A DNA stretch of 64,000 bases from Mobula hypostoma (taxonomy: Eukaryota), in the NCBI RefSeq assembly GCF_963921235.1, contig NC_086098.1, positions 2,852,001-2,916,000 on the forward strand, read 5' to 3'. Below, one piece after another: positions 13,000-24,524 of the stretch. The position numbers were made by a program, and so were the translations under genes. The notes beneath the pieces were generated by a model, which saw nothing but the letters and a program-made list of their open reading frames with translations, ran no database searches and was not told the origin of the DNA. Position 1 is the first letter of the stretch. Each line of letters begins with the position of its first letter.

Positions 13000-13190
13000 C
13001 ACGGGACAATTTACAATGACTAATTAACTTACTGAGCAGCATATCTTTGGAATATGGGAGGAAACTGAAGCACCCGGAGGAAACTCACATGGTCACATGA
13101 TTCTGTACAAATGGCGTCGGAATTGAATTGCGAACTCCGACGCCAGATCAGCAATAGGGTCGTGTTAGCTACTACGTTACCATGGCGACA
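13000..13190 (-). mobile_element. V-SINE/HE1-like tRNA-derived SINE
   Basis: Reverse complement of V-domain GTTTCCTCCGGGTGCTTCAGTTTCCTCCCA and B-box-like GTTCAATTCC. Confidence 0.7.
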
Positions 13191-13444
13191 TAAATTCTGA
13201 CCCTGATTCTTATTTGTCACAATGTGAAATACAACAAAAAATACAGGACAGAATAGAATAACATGGAGATATCCTTGGAAAGGATAACTTGTTAAAACTT
13301 AATAACAAAATTATTACCTTCTATGCATTATTACTTGAGACCTTAAAATGTGAAGACAATAACGAAACAAAACACAATTAAAAGAAATTACACAGAGCAA
13401 CCATGTCAGTGCTGCGCTGAATACACACTTCAGACGGAAACAAT

Positions 13445-13690
13445 TTAGATTATGAGGACACGCAGTCCTCTTTTATTGTCATTTAGTAATGCATGCATTA
13501 AGAAATGATACAATGTTCTTCCAGTGTGATATCACAGAAACACAAGACAGACAAGACTAAAGCTGACAAAAACCACATAATTATAACATATAGTTACAAC
13601 AGTACAAGCAATACCGTAATTTGATAGAAGAACAGATCATGGGCACGGTAAAAAAAAGTCTCAAAGTCTCTCAAAAGTCCCAATATCTCA
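13445..13690 (-). repeat. Unclassified interspersed repeat 3' end; longer + copy at 46390-46913
   Basis: TTAGATTATGAGGACACGCAGTCCTCTTTTATTGTCATTTAGTAATGCATGCATTAAGAAATGATACAAT closely matches the reverse complement of 46845-46913. Confidence 0.75.
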
Positions 13691-13745
13691 CAATTTATTT
13701 ACTATTTAAAACTATTAATAAATATTTGTAAAGCTCTGTTTAATA

Positions 13746-14208
13746 CAAGGGGTGATTGATAATGTCGTGGCCTGAGGTAGAGGGAGTCAATTTTAGAAAA
13801 CCTAGCACATTTATTTTTCCTACATTTGCACACTTAGTCCAGCAGTCGTGGAGCACACGGATCCCTTCTTTGTAGAAGTGGTCCACAGTAGGGGTGATTG
13901 ATAAGTTTGTGGCCTGAGGTAGAAAGACATGAGTTATTAACTTCAAACCTTCTGCATTTTCACTCAAAGAGTTGAACTGCATGTGCATGTAACGAGAGCT
14001 GTATAACTCATCTCCTTCTACCTTAGGCCACGAACTTATCAATCACCCCTGCTGTGGACCACTTCTACAAAGAAGGGATCCGTATGCTCCACGACCGCTG
14101 GACTAAGTGTGTACATGTAGGAGAGGACTATGTTGAAAAATAAATGTGCTACGTTTTCTAAAATTGACTCCTTCTACCTTAGACCACGAACATATCAATC
14201 ACCCCTCG
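13746..14208. mobile_element. Mariner-derived palindromic MITE with four TIR copies
   Basis: TA|CAAGGGGTGATTGATAA...ATCAATCACCCCTCG|TA; long inverted arms each carry the mariner C-terminus (FYKEGIR.LHD.WTKC; GEDYVEK* in the right arm). Confidence 0.85.
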
Positions 14209-14304
14209 TATGTGGAGAAAAATGTAAAACAAGCAGAAAATCTTTCCATTGTATCTTTTGATTTTTTACTGAAGTAATAACTGCTTCAGAATAAACTGGT
14301 TAAT

Positions 14305-14610
14305 ATAATGTCAGAACTCGATCACCCTTCTGAATGGCAGAGCTCAGTCACCATTATGAAACTCAGAACTCAATCACCTTTCTGAATATCAGAACTTGGT
14401 TACTATTGTGAATATGAAAACTCGGTCACCATTGTGAAATTGAAAACTCGATAACCATTGTGAATGTCAGAACTTGGTCACCATTGTGAATGTCAGAACT
14501 CAATCACCTTTCTGGATATCAGAACTCGGTCACCATTGTGAATGTCAGAACTCGGTCACCATTGTGAATGTGAAAACTCGGTCACCATTGTCGGTGTCAG
14601 AACTCAGTCC
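14305..14610. repeat. Degenerate minisatellite of about 26 bp (GTCACCATTGTGAATGTCAGAACTCG), continuing at 16141-16228
   Basis: About 11-12 units before and about 3 after a CR1 insertion. Confidence 0.9.
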
Positions 14611-14611
14611 G

Positions 14612-16140
14612 TAAGACCATAAGACCATAAGACATAGGAACAGAGTTAGGCCATCTTGCCTATCGAATCTGCTCCACTATTCAATCATGGCTCATGCTTG
14701 TTTTTCTCTCCTTAGGCCCACTCCCTGGCCTACTCATTGTAACCTTTGAAGCCATGTTCAATCAAGAACTTAAGAACCTCTGCCTTAAATACTCCCAATG
14801 ACCTGGCCTGTGGAAATAAATTCCACAAATTCACCATCCACTGGCTAAAGAAATTTCTCTGCATCTCTGTTTTAAATGGACACTCCTCTATCCTGAGGCT
14901 CTGGCCTCTTATCCTAGACTCCCTCACCATAGGGAACATCCTTTCCACATCTACTCTGTCTGGGCCTTTCAACATTCGAAAGGTTTCAATGAGATTTCTC
15001 CCTCATCCTTCTAAATTCCAATGAGTACAGACTGAGAGCTATCAAATGTTCCTCATATGGTAACCCTTCCATTCACGGAATCATTCTTGTGAAACCATTC
15101 TGAACCCTCTCCAATGCTAGCATATCTTTTCTAAGATGAGGAGCCCAAAACTGTTCACAATACTCAAGATGACCCTTCACCCGTACCTTATAAAGCCTCA
15201 GCATCACATTCCTGTTCTTGTATGCTAGACATTTTGAAATGAATGCTAACATTGCATTTGCCTTCTTCACCACTGACTCTACCTGCAAGTTCACCTTTTA
15301 GGGTGTTCTGCACAAGGACACCCAAGTCACTTTGCATCTCAGTTTGTTAGATTTTCTCCCAGTTTAGAAAATAGTCTGCTAATTTATTTCTACTGCCAAA
15401 GTGCATGACCATGCATTTTCTAACACTGTTTTCCATTTGCCACTTTCTTGCCTATTCTCCTTATCTGTCTAATCCCTTCTGCAGCCTACCTGTTTCCTCA
15501 AAACTACCTGGCCCTCCACCAATCTTTGTATCATCTGCAAACTTGGCAACAAAGCCATCTATTCTATCATCTAAATCATCCCATATACAGCATACAAAGT
15601 GGTCCCAATTCTGACCCTTGCAGAACACTCTTCCCTGGCAGCCAACCAGAAAAGGATACGTTTATTCCCACTCGCTGCCTCCTACCAATCAGCCAATGCT
15701 CTAACCATGCCAGTAACTTCCCTGTAATACAATGGGCTCGTAACTTGGTAATTAGCCTCATGTGTGGCACCTTGTCAAAGGCCTTCTAAAAGTCCAAATA
15801 CACATCGACTACAGCCCCTTTATCTATCCTATGTGTAATATCAAATAATTCTCACACATTTATCATGCATAATTTTCTGGTGCTGACTTTGTCTTATCTT
15901 GTCCTATGTCTCCAAGTACTCCATAACTTCATCTTTAACGATTGACTCCAACATCTCCCCAAACATTGAGGTCAGGATAACTGGTCTATAATTTCCTTTC
16001 TGCTGCCTTCCTCCTTTCTTAAAGAGCGGAGTGACATTTACAGTTTTCCTGTTCTCTGACACCATGCCAGAGTCCAATGATTTTTGAAAGATCATCTCTA
16101 ATGTCTCCACAATCTCTACCGCTACCTCTTTTAGAACCAC
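14612..16140 (-). mobile_element. CR1 LINE, 5'-truncated and degraded, (ATGGTCTT)n tail
   Basis: TPLFKKGGRQQKGNYRPV; HLEYCEQFWAP; NFFSQWMVNLWN. Confidence 0.92.
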
Positions 16141-17465
16141 TGCGATTGTCAGAACTCAGTCACCATTGTGAATGTCAGAACTTGGCCACCTTTTTGAACG
16201 TCAGAAATCAGTTGCCATTGTGAATGAACATAAAACATAGAACATAGAAAATCTACAGCACATTACAGGCCCTTTGGCCCACAATGTGGTGCTGACCATA
16301 TCACCTACTCTAGAAGTTGCCTAGAATTTCCCTACCGCATAGCCCTCTATTTTTCTAAGCTCCATGTACCTATCGAAGAGTCCCTTAAAAGACCCTATTG
16401 TATGCAAATGCTGCCGGTAATGTTTTCTTAAAAGAGTTTGAACAGTTTACTCAAAACTTAATTTTAACATTTTAATGAATAAAAAACAAGCATATTGAAG
16501 ATAGTGGAAATACCAGGGTGGACATTTGCAGTTTTGTGAATTAAGGAAGCTGCTTATATCAACAAAACATAAATAAATCTTTTGTTGTTTTGTGGAAAGT
16601 GAATGGTTTGAATTGCAGGCTCAAATTCTACTTGTTTAACTAGAATTATTTCCTTCAAAGGTAAAAAAGAACATGAGAACTAGGAGCAGGAGGATTTAGA
16701 ATTTACTTTGAGATTCAGGCTCATCGAACCTGCTCCGCTATTCAATAAGGTCATGGCTGATCTGGCCAAGGACTCATCTCCGCCTACCTTCCTTTTCCCT
16801 ATAACCTTTAATTCCTCTGCTGTGCAAAAATCTATCTAACTGAGTGTTAAGTATATGCAATGTGGTAGTGTCTACTGCCTCTCTGGGTAGAGAATTCCAC
16901 AGATTTGCTGGTCTCTGGGAGAGGCAGTTTCCAGAGAAAGGAAAAAAACATAACAAGAAAACAAAGATTTGAGTCTCAGTTGCATGGGAGCGCAACTTGT
17001 AATTTGAACCAATTCTTCAAAATGAAAGCAAACCCATCGTCAGGTAGTTTCAGCGGTTGTACGTGCAAGAATAAGAAAGAAACACTATTGCCAGGGACAA
17101 TCTGGAACAATAAGTCTGAAATAATTTCTTTGGGCTGGAATGTACAATTTCAAATGGGTTGTGATCACCTATAATCGTTTTCCAGCCCCAGAAAGCAGCA
17201 TCCATTTCTCCTCTTTTCTCAAGCGTGACTCTAAACGTAACCAAATATTTCAGCAAATTTCTGAAGATGTAGTGGAGATTCTGACTTGACAAATGGCCAG
17301 TTTGTATGCAGGCCCCAATGCACAGGATTGAAAGACACTCCATTACAGCCATCACTGAGAACACCTTCAAAAAGTGGGCCCTCAAAAAGGCAGCATCCAT
17401 CACTGAGGACCTTCACCATCTGAACCATGCCCTTTTCTCATTATACCACTGGGGAGGGGCTATAG

Positions 17466-19342
17466 TTGTTGTTGTTGTTGTTATTGTTCGTCCTTTGTAG
17501 TCGAAGATGACCATGGCTTCAAAGTCAAATGGGAGATTGGTGGCTGATGAGGCCAATCCAGGCCCTGAAGGCTCGCCCACATGTGGGACACAAGTGGGTG
17601 GGAGCTGTCGTGGCAGTGGATGCTGCTCGGGCCTTGCGCACAGCACGCTTTCATTGCGCCTCGATGATGCGCCTGACTTCAGCTGCACGGGCTCCTGTGG
17701 TGATCTTGCTGCGCCAAGCTGGACAGTCGAGGGCAAGCGTCTCCCACGTGTTGATGTCGACACCCAGGCCTTTGAGGGACGCTTTGAGGCAGTCTTCATA
17801 ACGTTTCTTCTGCCCCCCGACTGAGCGCTTGCCCTGACACAGTTCTCCGTAGGCAATTGGCTGTCTGGCATTCTGACCACATGTCCAGCCCACCTGGCTT
17901 GGGCTTTCAGCAGGAGGGTGTAGACGCTGCAGAGCCCAGCTCGTTCCAGGATTTCCGTGTCGGGGACTTTGTCCTGCCACCTGATGTGGAGGAGTCTGCG
18001 GAGGCAGCTCAGGTGAAAGTGGTTGAGCTGTTTGGCGTGTCTGCTGTAGACAGTCCAGGTCTCACTGGCGTAAAGGAGGGTGGTAAGGACCACTGCACAG
18101 TAGACCTTCAGCTTGGTGGTAAGGCTGAGTCCTCTCCGCTCCCAGACATTCTCACAAAGTCTCCCAAAGGCGGCGCTGGCTTTGACAATCCTGTTGTTGA
18201 CCTCAGCGTCTATGTTCACTGCGCGAGAGAGTATGCTGCCCAGGTAGGTGAAGTTGTCGACTGCCTGGAGGTTCTGGCCCTTCACCGTCATGGATGCACC
18301 CACGCTCGAAGCACTGGCATCTGATTGACTACATCATCACCAGGAAGAGGGACAGGATGGACGTCAGAGTGACGAGAGCCATGTGTGGTGCCGACTGCTG
18401 GACCGATCACCGCCTCATTGTGTCCAAGTTCAGGCTTCGCATTCTGCCCATGAGAAGACCCCAAGGACAGAAGACTGCAAAGAGACTGAATGTCTCCAAG
18501 CTGAAAAGCAGCAGGGTTGCAGAAGAACTCGTCGATGACCTTGGAAGGCAAACTGCCAGACACACCACAGGAAGACGGGACCAGCGTTGAGGAACAGTGG
18601 ACGGCCTTCAGAGACGCTGTCTACACTACCGCCCTCGAACATCTCAGACCAGCAGCCTGAAGAAACCAAGACTGGCTCGATGAGAATGATGAAGAAATAC
18701 AGGCACTACTAACGGAGAAACATCAACATTACAGAGCGCATCAGAACGACCCCACGTCGCTAGCCAAGAAACATGCCTTTACCAACGCAAGAAGAAAGGT
18801 GCAGAAAAAACTTCGCGAGATGCAGGACAGCCGGTTCAGCAAGAAGGCCGATGAAATCCAGGGCTATGCAGACAGCCACGACGTAAAGCGCTTCTACGAT
18901 GCGCTTAAGGCTGTATACGGACCCTAGTCCTCCGGCTCCTCACCCCTCCTCAACGCAGATGAGACACAGCTGCTGTCAGAGAAGAAGCAGATTCTGGATC
19001 GGTGGGCTGAGCACTTTAACAACGTCCTTAACCGCCCTGCCGACATCAACAACGAGACCATTGCCCGCCTGCCCCAGGTAGAGATCAACAAGAACCTCGA
19101 CACCCTCCCCACAGTAGATGAAGTCAGGAAGGCAGTGAAGCAACTCTCCTGTGGCAAAGCGTCAGGACCCGATGCAATCCCTGCTGAGGTATACAAAGCA
19201 GGAGGCCCCGTCATGATGCAAAAGCTGACTGTACTCTTCCAGTCCATGTGGAAAAAGGGACAGGTCCCGCAACAGCTGAAAGATGCCAGCATAGTCCACA
19301 TCTACAAGAGGAAATGCAACCGCCAGTCTTGCGACAACCACT
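17466..19342 (-). mobile_element. RTE-clade LINE with 5' inversion, inserted in a Rex-type 3' fragment (17340-17465 and 19343-19605)
   Basis: Minus strand 17490-18288: FTYLGSILS..IDAEVNNRI.KASAAFGRL..TKLKVY..LLYASETW..RWAGHVVRM plus (CAA)n tail. Plus strand 18289-19342: MHPRSKHWHLIDY...GKASGPDAIPAE..KDASIVHIYK..CDNH. TSD GAGGGGCTATAG at 17454-17465 and 19343-19354. Confidence 0.93.
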
Positions 19343-19666
19343 GAGGGGCTATAGTAGCCCCTATACCATTATACCATTGGGGAGGGGTTATGGTAGCCTG
19401 AACAAACACACTCCATATTTCAGGAACAGCTTCTTCACCTCTGCCATCGGATTTCTGAGTGGCCCATCAGCCCATGAAAATGACCTTATCATTCGTCTTT
19501 TCCTTTGTAACTTATCGTTTCTTGTATGTCTTGCACTGTGAGGCCACCACAAACCAACAAACTTTATGACATGTGTCGGTGATAATAAACCTAATTCGGA
19601 TTCTGAAGCAAATTATGGCAGAAATTGAGAGAGCAGAGAATATAAAAAACAATCAATTACCTTCTC

Positions 19667-19818
19667 CCCTCACCCCCACCCCCAGTCCCAGACTACCCTG
19701 ACCCCAGGAGAGGGAGAACACTCTGTGGTGAGAGTAGGAACCTTCCCTCACCCCCACCCCCACCCCCAGACTACCCTGACCCCAGGAGAGGGAGAACACT
19801 CTGTGGTGAGAGTAGGAA
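19667..19818. repeat. Local tandem duplication, 2 x about 78 bp
   Basis: CCCAGACTACCCTGACCCCAGGAGAGGGAGAACACTCTGTGGTGAGAGTAGGAA occurs twice. Confidence 0.92.
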
Positions 19819-20017
19819 GATCACCAGTAACCTTGCTGAAGGGAAAGGGTCTTGTGTTCTCTGATTTTATTTCATAGATAAAGCGGACAGTCAGGGATCT
19901 TTTCCTTATGACAGAAATGGCTAACATGAGGGGGCATAATTTTAGGATGATTGGAGAATACATCAGGAACATGTAAGACTCTTAGATAGGCACATAGACG
20001 ATAGAAAAATGGAGTAA

Positions 20018-20725
20018 GTTTTTTAAAACAATATTTTTATTGAATTTTACATATATTTCACATATACAAATAAACAATAATAATAATTAAACTAAATAGT
20101 GAAACATGTCCTCATGTATTTCACAATCAACAAAGGAAAAGAAATATAACATTTCACACACTTCACATATTTAACAAAGAAATAAAATAAAAGTACATCA
20201 GAAAAAAAACTGTAGAAGCACTCAACACCACACAGCTATTTCAAAATGACTGTGTGCCTTCATGTCCAAGAAACTCCAATACAGGATTCCACACATTTTC
20301 AAATTCTCCTGCCCTTCCTCTAGTTATGTAAGTCAGTCTCTCCAATATAAAACAAGATGCCATCTCCTTCACCCACACATGTATCGAAGGTATTTCCATT
20401 TTTCTCCAAGATAAAGCTATCATGCTCCTGGCCTGCAGGAGTCCAAAATCAATTAAAGTTGACTGTATTGAACGAACAGTAAAGTTCTTTGGATATATAC
20501 CTAGTACACATATTTTTGCTTGGTGAGGCACCTTTACTCCAACAATCTCAGATATAGTCTGAACAACGGTTCTCCAGTATTTTTTAAATTTTGGACAGTC
20601 CCATACACAGTGAAACAGAGTACCCTTTTCTCCTCAACATTTAACACAAGTGTCCGGGATGTCAGGAGACCAACGGTTCAGTTTGACCAGGGTAATATAA
20701 GCGCTCATTAACCATTTGTATTGTA
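20018..20725 (-). mobile_element. L1-clade LINE ORF2 C-terminus and 3' UTR
   Basis: QYKWL..AYIT..KL......PDTCVKC..EKGTLFHCVWDC (CCHC knuckle); ARSMIALSW...VWNP; AATAAA and A-rich end near 20020-20045. Confidence 0.8.
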
Positions 20726-22103
20726 ATAAGACCATAAGACAAAGGAGCAGAAGTCGGCCATTTGGCCCATCGAGTCTGCTCCGCCAGTTTATCATGAGCA
20801 GATCCATTCTCCCATTTAGTCCCACTCCCCCGTCTTCTCACCATAACCTTTGATGCCCGGGCTACTCAGATACCCATCAATCTCTGTCTTAAGTACACCC
20901 AATGACTTGGCCTCCACTGCCGCCTGTGACAACAAATTCCACAAATTCACCACCCCCTGGCTGAAAAAATGTCTTTGCATCTCTGTTCTGAATGGGTGCC
21001 CTTCAATCCTTAAGTCATGCCTTCTCGTACTAGACTCCCCCACCAAGGGAAACAACTTTGCCACATCCACTCTGTCCATGCCTTTCAACATTCAAAATGT
21101 TTCTATGAGGTCCCCCCTCATTCTTCTAAACTCCAAGGAGTACAGTAACGTTCCTCATATGTCAACCCTCTCATTCCTGGAATCATTCTAGTGAATCTTC
21201 TCTGTACATCAGCACATCCTTTCTTAAATAAGGAGCCCAAAACTGCACACAGTACTCCAAGTGAGGTCTCACCAGCGCCTTATAGAGCCTCAACATCACA
21301 CCCCTGCTCCTATACTCTATTCCTCTAGAAATGAATGCCAACATTGCATTCTCCTTCTTCACCACCGACTCGACCTGGAGATTAACCTTAAGGGTATCCT
21401 GTACAAGGACTCCCAAGTCCCGTTGCATCTCACAACTTTGAATTCTCTCCCATTTAAATAATAGTCTGCCCGTTTATTTCTTCTACCTAAGTGCATAACC
21501 ATACACTTTCCGACATTGTATTTCATTTGCCACTTCTTTGGCCATTCTTCCAATCTATCCAAGTCTCTCCTCAGACTCTCTGTTTCCTCAGCACTACCGG
21601 CCCCTCCACCTATCTTTGTATCATCAGCAAACTTAGCCACAAAGCCATCTATTCCATAATCCAAATCGTTGATGTACAAAGTAAAAAGAAGCGGCCCCAA
21701 CACTGACCCCTGTGGAACACCACTGGTAACCGGCAGCCAACCAGAATAGGATCCCTTTATTCCCACTCTCTGTTTCCTCCCAATCAGCCAACGCTCTATC
21801 CACGTATGTAACTTTCCCATAATTCCATGGGCTCCTATCTTGTTAAGCAGCCTCATGTGTGGCACCTTGTCAAAGGCCTTCTGAAAATCCAAATATACAA
21901 CATCCACTGCATCTCCCTTGTCTAACCTACTTGTAATTTCCTCAAAAAATTGCAATAAGTTTGTCAGGCAGGATTTTCCTTTAAGGAAACCATGCTGAGT
22001 TCTGCCTATCTTGTCATATGCCTCCAGGTACTCTGTAACCTCATCCTTGACAATCGACTCTAACAACTTCCCAAACACCGATGTTAAGCTAACAGGTCTA
22101 TAA

Positions 22104-22323
22104 CACACATCAAAGTTGCTGGTGAACACAGCAGGCCAGGCAGCATCTCTAGGAAGAGGTACAGTCGACGTTTCGGGCCGAGACCCTTCATCAGGACTGA
22201 CGAAGGGTCTCGGCCTGAAACGTCGACTGTACCTCTTCCTAGCGATGCTGCCTGGCCTGCTGCGTTCACCAGCAACTTTGATGTGTGTTGCTTGAATTTC
22301 CAACATCTGCAGAATTCCTGTTG
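22104..22323. mobile_element. Penelope pLTR-derived fold-back element with 14-bp TSD
   Basis: 93-bp inverted arms 22102-22194 and 22197-22289 with a 2-nt spacer; TSD TAACAGGTCTATAA at 22090-22103 and 22324-22337. Confidence 0.9.
22162..22199 (-). ncRNA. Minimal type-I hammerhead ribozyme motif (Penelope-associated)
   Basis: CAGUC-CUGAUGA-A-GGG-UCUCGG-CCC-GAAA-C-GUC^-GACUG: stem I CAGUC/GACUG, stem II GGG/CCC, palindromic ACGU in place of stem III. Confidence 0.78.
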
Positions 22324-22939
22324 TAACAGGTCTATAATTTCCTTTTTGCTTCCTTGCCCCCTTCTTAAATAGCAGAGTGACATTTGCAATCTTCCGGTCC
22401 TCCGGAACCATGCCAGAATCTATCGACTTTTGAAAGATCATCGCTAATGCCTCCGCAATCTCCACAGCTACTTCCTTCAGAACACGCGGGTGCATTCCAT
22501 CTGGTCCAGGAGATTTATCTACCTTTAGACTATTCAGCTTCCTGAGTACTTTCAGCTTCCAATTTTCAGTTTCCTGAGTACTTTCTCTGTTGTAATTGTG
22601 ACAGAGTAATAGCTTCATTCTCGTGTTAATTGATTGTTTTTGGGGGTTTTAAGCATGTCATTTCCCACTCAGTTTCTTGTACGTCCTCTTGAACATCCGG
22701 TCTCCATGCCTCTAACCTGTCAATGGTAGACTCCTTATCATATGACATCAAAGCTGTATAGAATAAAGAAATCTGACTCCTCCCCTTTAGGTGAGATTTT
22801 CAGGATGTGAGTGTGGCACCTTGTTGGCCAAAGGGCCTGCTAGTGCTGTTGTGATCTAAGTTCAGTGATTACAAAATTGAAAATTAAAGAGAGATTAGTT
22901 TTATTTGTCACATGTATATTGAAACATCAAAATGGTGCA

Positions 22940-23163
22940 TCTGTGGAATTCTCTGCCACAGGAAACAGTTGAGGCCAGTTGATTGGCTATATTTAAGAGG
23001 GAGCTAGATATGGTCCTTGTGGCTAAAGGGGTCAGGGGGTATGGAGGGAAGGCTGGTACAGGGTTCTGAGTTGGATGATCAGCCATGATCATACTGAATG
23101 GGGGTGCAGGCTCGAAGGGCCGAATGGCCTACTCCTGCACCTATTTTCTATGTTTCTATGTTT
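22940..23163 (+). mobile_element. CR1 3' terminal fragment, (ATGTTTCT)n subfamily
   Basis: Near-identical to 28241-28465. Confidence 0.92.
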
Positions 23164-23168
23164 AGAAT

Positions 23169-23440
23169 GGGTAGCACGGTAGCATAATGGTCAGCATAAC
23201 ACTTTACAGTACCGGTGACCTGGGTTCAATTCCCACCGCTGCCTGGCAGAAGTTTGTATGTTCTCCCCATGACTGCGTGGGCTTCCTCCCACAGTCCAAA
23301 GATGTACCGGCTGGTCGTTGTAACTTGTCCCGTGATTAGGCTTGGGTTAAATCGGGGGTTGCTGGGTGGTGTGACTCGATGGGCCAGAAGGGCCTACTCT
23401 ACACTGTGGCTCAAAAATAAATAAAAATAAATAAATAAAT
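23169..23440 (+). mobile_element. V-SINE/HE1-like SINE
   Basis: A-box-like GGTAGCATAATGG, B-box GGTTCAATTCCC, partial V-domain, (AAAT)n tail. Confidence 0.8.
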
Positions 23441-23959
23441 AAGCTTTAGGAGCTGAATTAAACCTTTTGGCCCACTGAGTCAGCTCCACAATTCCATAAT
23501 GGCTGAATTTATTATCCCTCTCAACCCCATTCTTCTGCCATCTCCTTGTAACCTTTCACACCCCAACTAATGAAGAAACTTTCAATCTCCATTTTAACTG
23601 TACCCAATGACTTGGCATCATCAGCTGTCTGTGGCAATGAATTCTGCAGTTTCACTATTCTCTGGGTAAAGACAATGTTCCTCATCTCTGTTCTAAATGA
23701 ACGTCTATTCTGAGTTGGGCCCCTCTGAACTTAGACTCCCCCAATATAAGAAATATCCTCTCCATGTCCACTCTATCTAGGCCTTTCAAGACATAATATC
23801 TCAGGGTTGTATATGGTGATATAGACTGTACATACTTTGATGATAAGTTTACTTTGAGTATTACTCAATCTGTACCCTACTCCTTGGGTATCTGCAAAAG
23901 TGCACTAATCCAGGCAATTGAAAAGTATTCTGTCATGCTCCTGTAAATGGTGGGAATGC

Positions 23960-24520
23960 CTTGCAGTTTGAGCAGATTCAATACATCACTAAAGACTCTC
24001 CCAAATTTCTACAGAAGTACAATGAAGAACATTCTCACAGCCTGGAGTGAAGCCTCCAGTTGGCAGGGCCGGAGTGGGCTCCCGAGGATTGTGGACACAG
24101 CCAATTTCATCACGGGTGCCAGCCTCTCCATTACTGAGCACATAATAAAGCAGCCTCCATCATCAAGAACTCCCACCATTTAGGCCGTGCTCTCCTTCTC
24201 ACTGCTTTCATTGGGCAGGAGGTACAGGAGACTTAGGTGCCACAGCACCAAGTTCAGGAACACTTATTACCATATAACAATCAGGCTTCTAAACTAGTGT
24301 GCATTACTTCACTCATCTCAGCTCTGAACAGACTCGACAACCTATAGATTTACTTTCAATGACCCGTATAACTCGTGCTCTGTATTACCTTATACTTGCA
24401 CGGTTTGCTTTTGCACATTGTTTGTAGGTCAGTTTTTGGTTATGCCTAGTTTTATTTATTAATACTATTGTATACTTTATTCCTGTAAGTGCCTGCATGA
24501 AAACAATCTCAATGATAGCA
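23960..24520 (+). mobile_element. Rex1/Babar LINE 3' fragment, old
   Basis: SLSRFNTSLKTLPNFYRST..NILT; GGCAGGAGGTACAGGAG motif. Confidence 0.65.
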
Positions 24521-24524
24521 TATA

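Larger units (their letters stand above)
20726..22600 (-). mobile_element. Young CR1 LINE, (ATGGTCTT)n subfamily, 5'-truncated
   Basis: [59 protein letters not shown] frame open over 21359-22560. Confidence 0.96.

Noticed and set aside
14305..14610. CRISPR-like 26-bp repeats
   Set aside because: Degenerate tandem array with no unique spacers.
23169..23240. tRNA gene
   Set aside because: A/B boxes belong to a SINE head followed by a V-domain and tail; no full cloverleaf.
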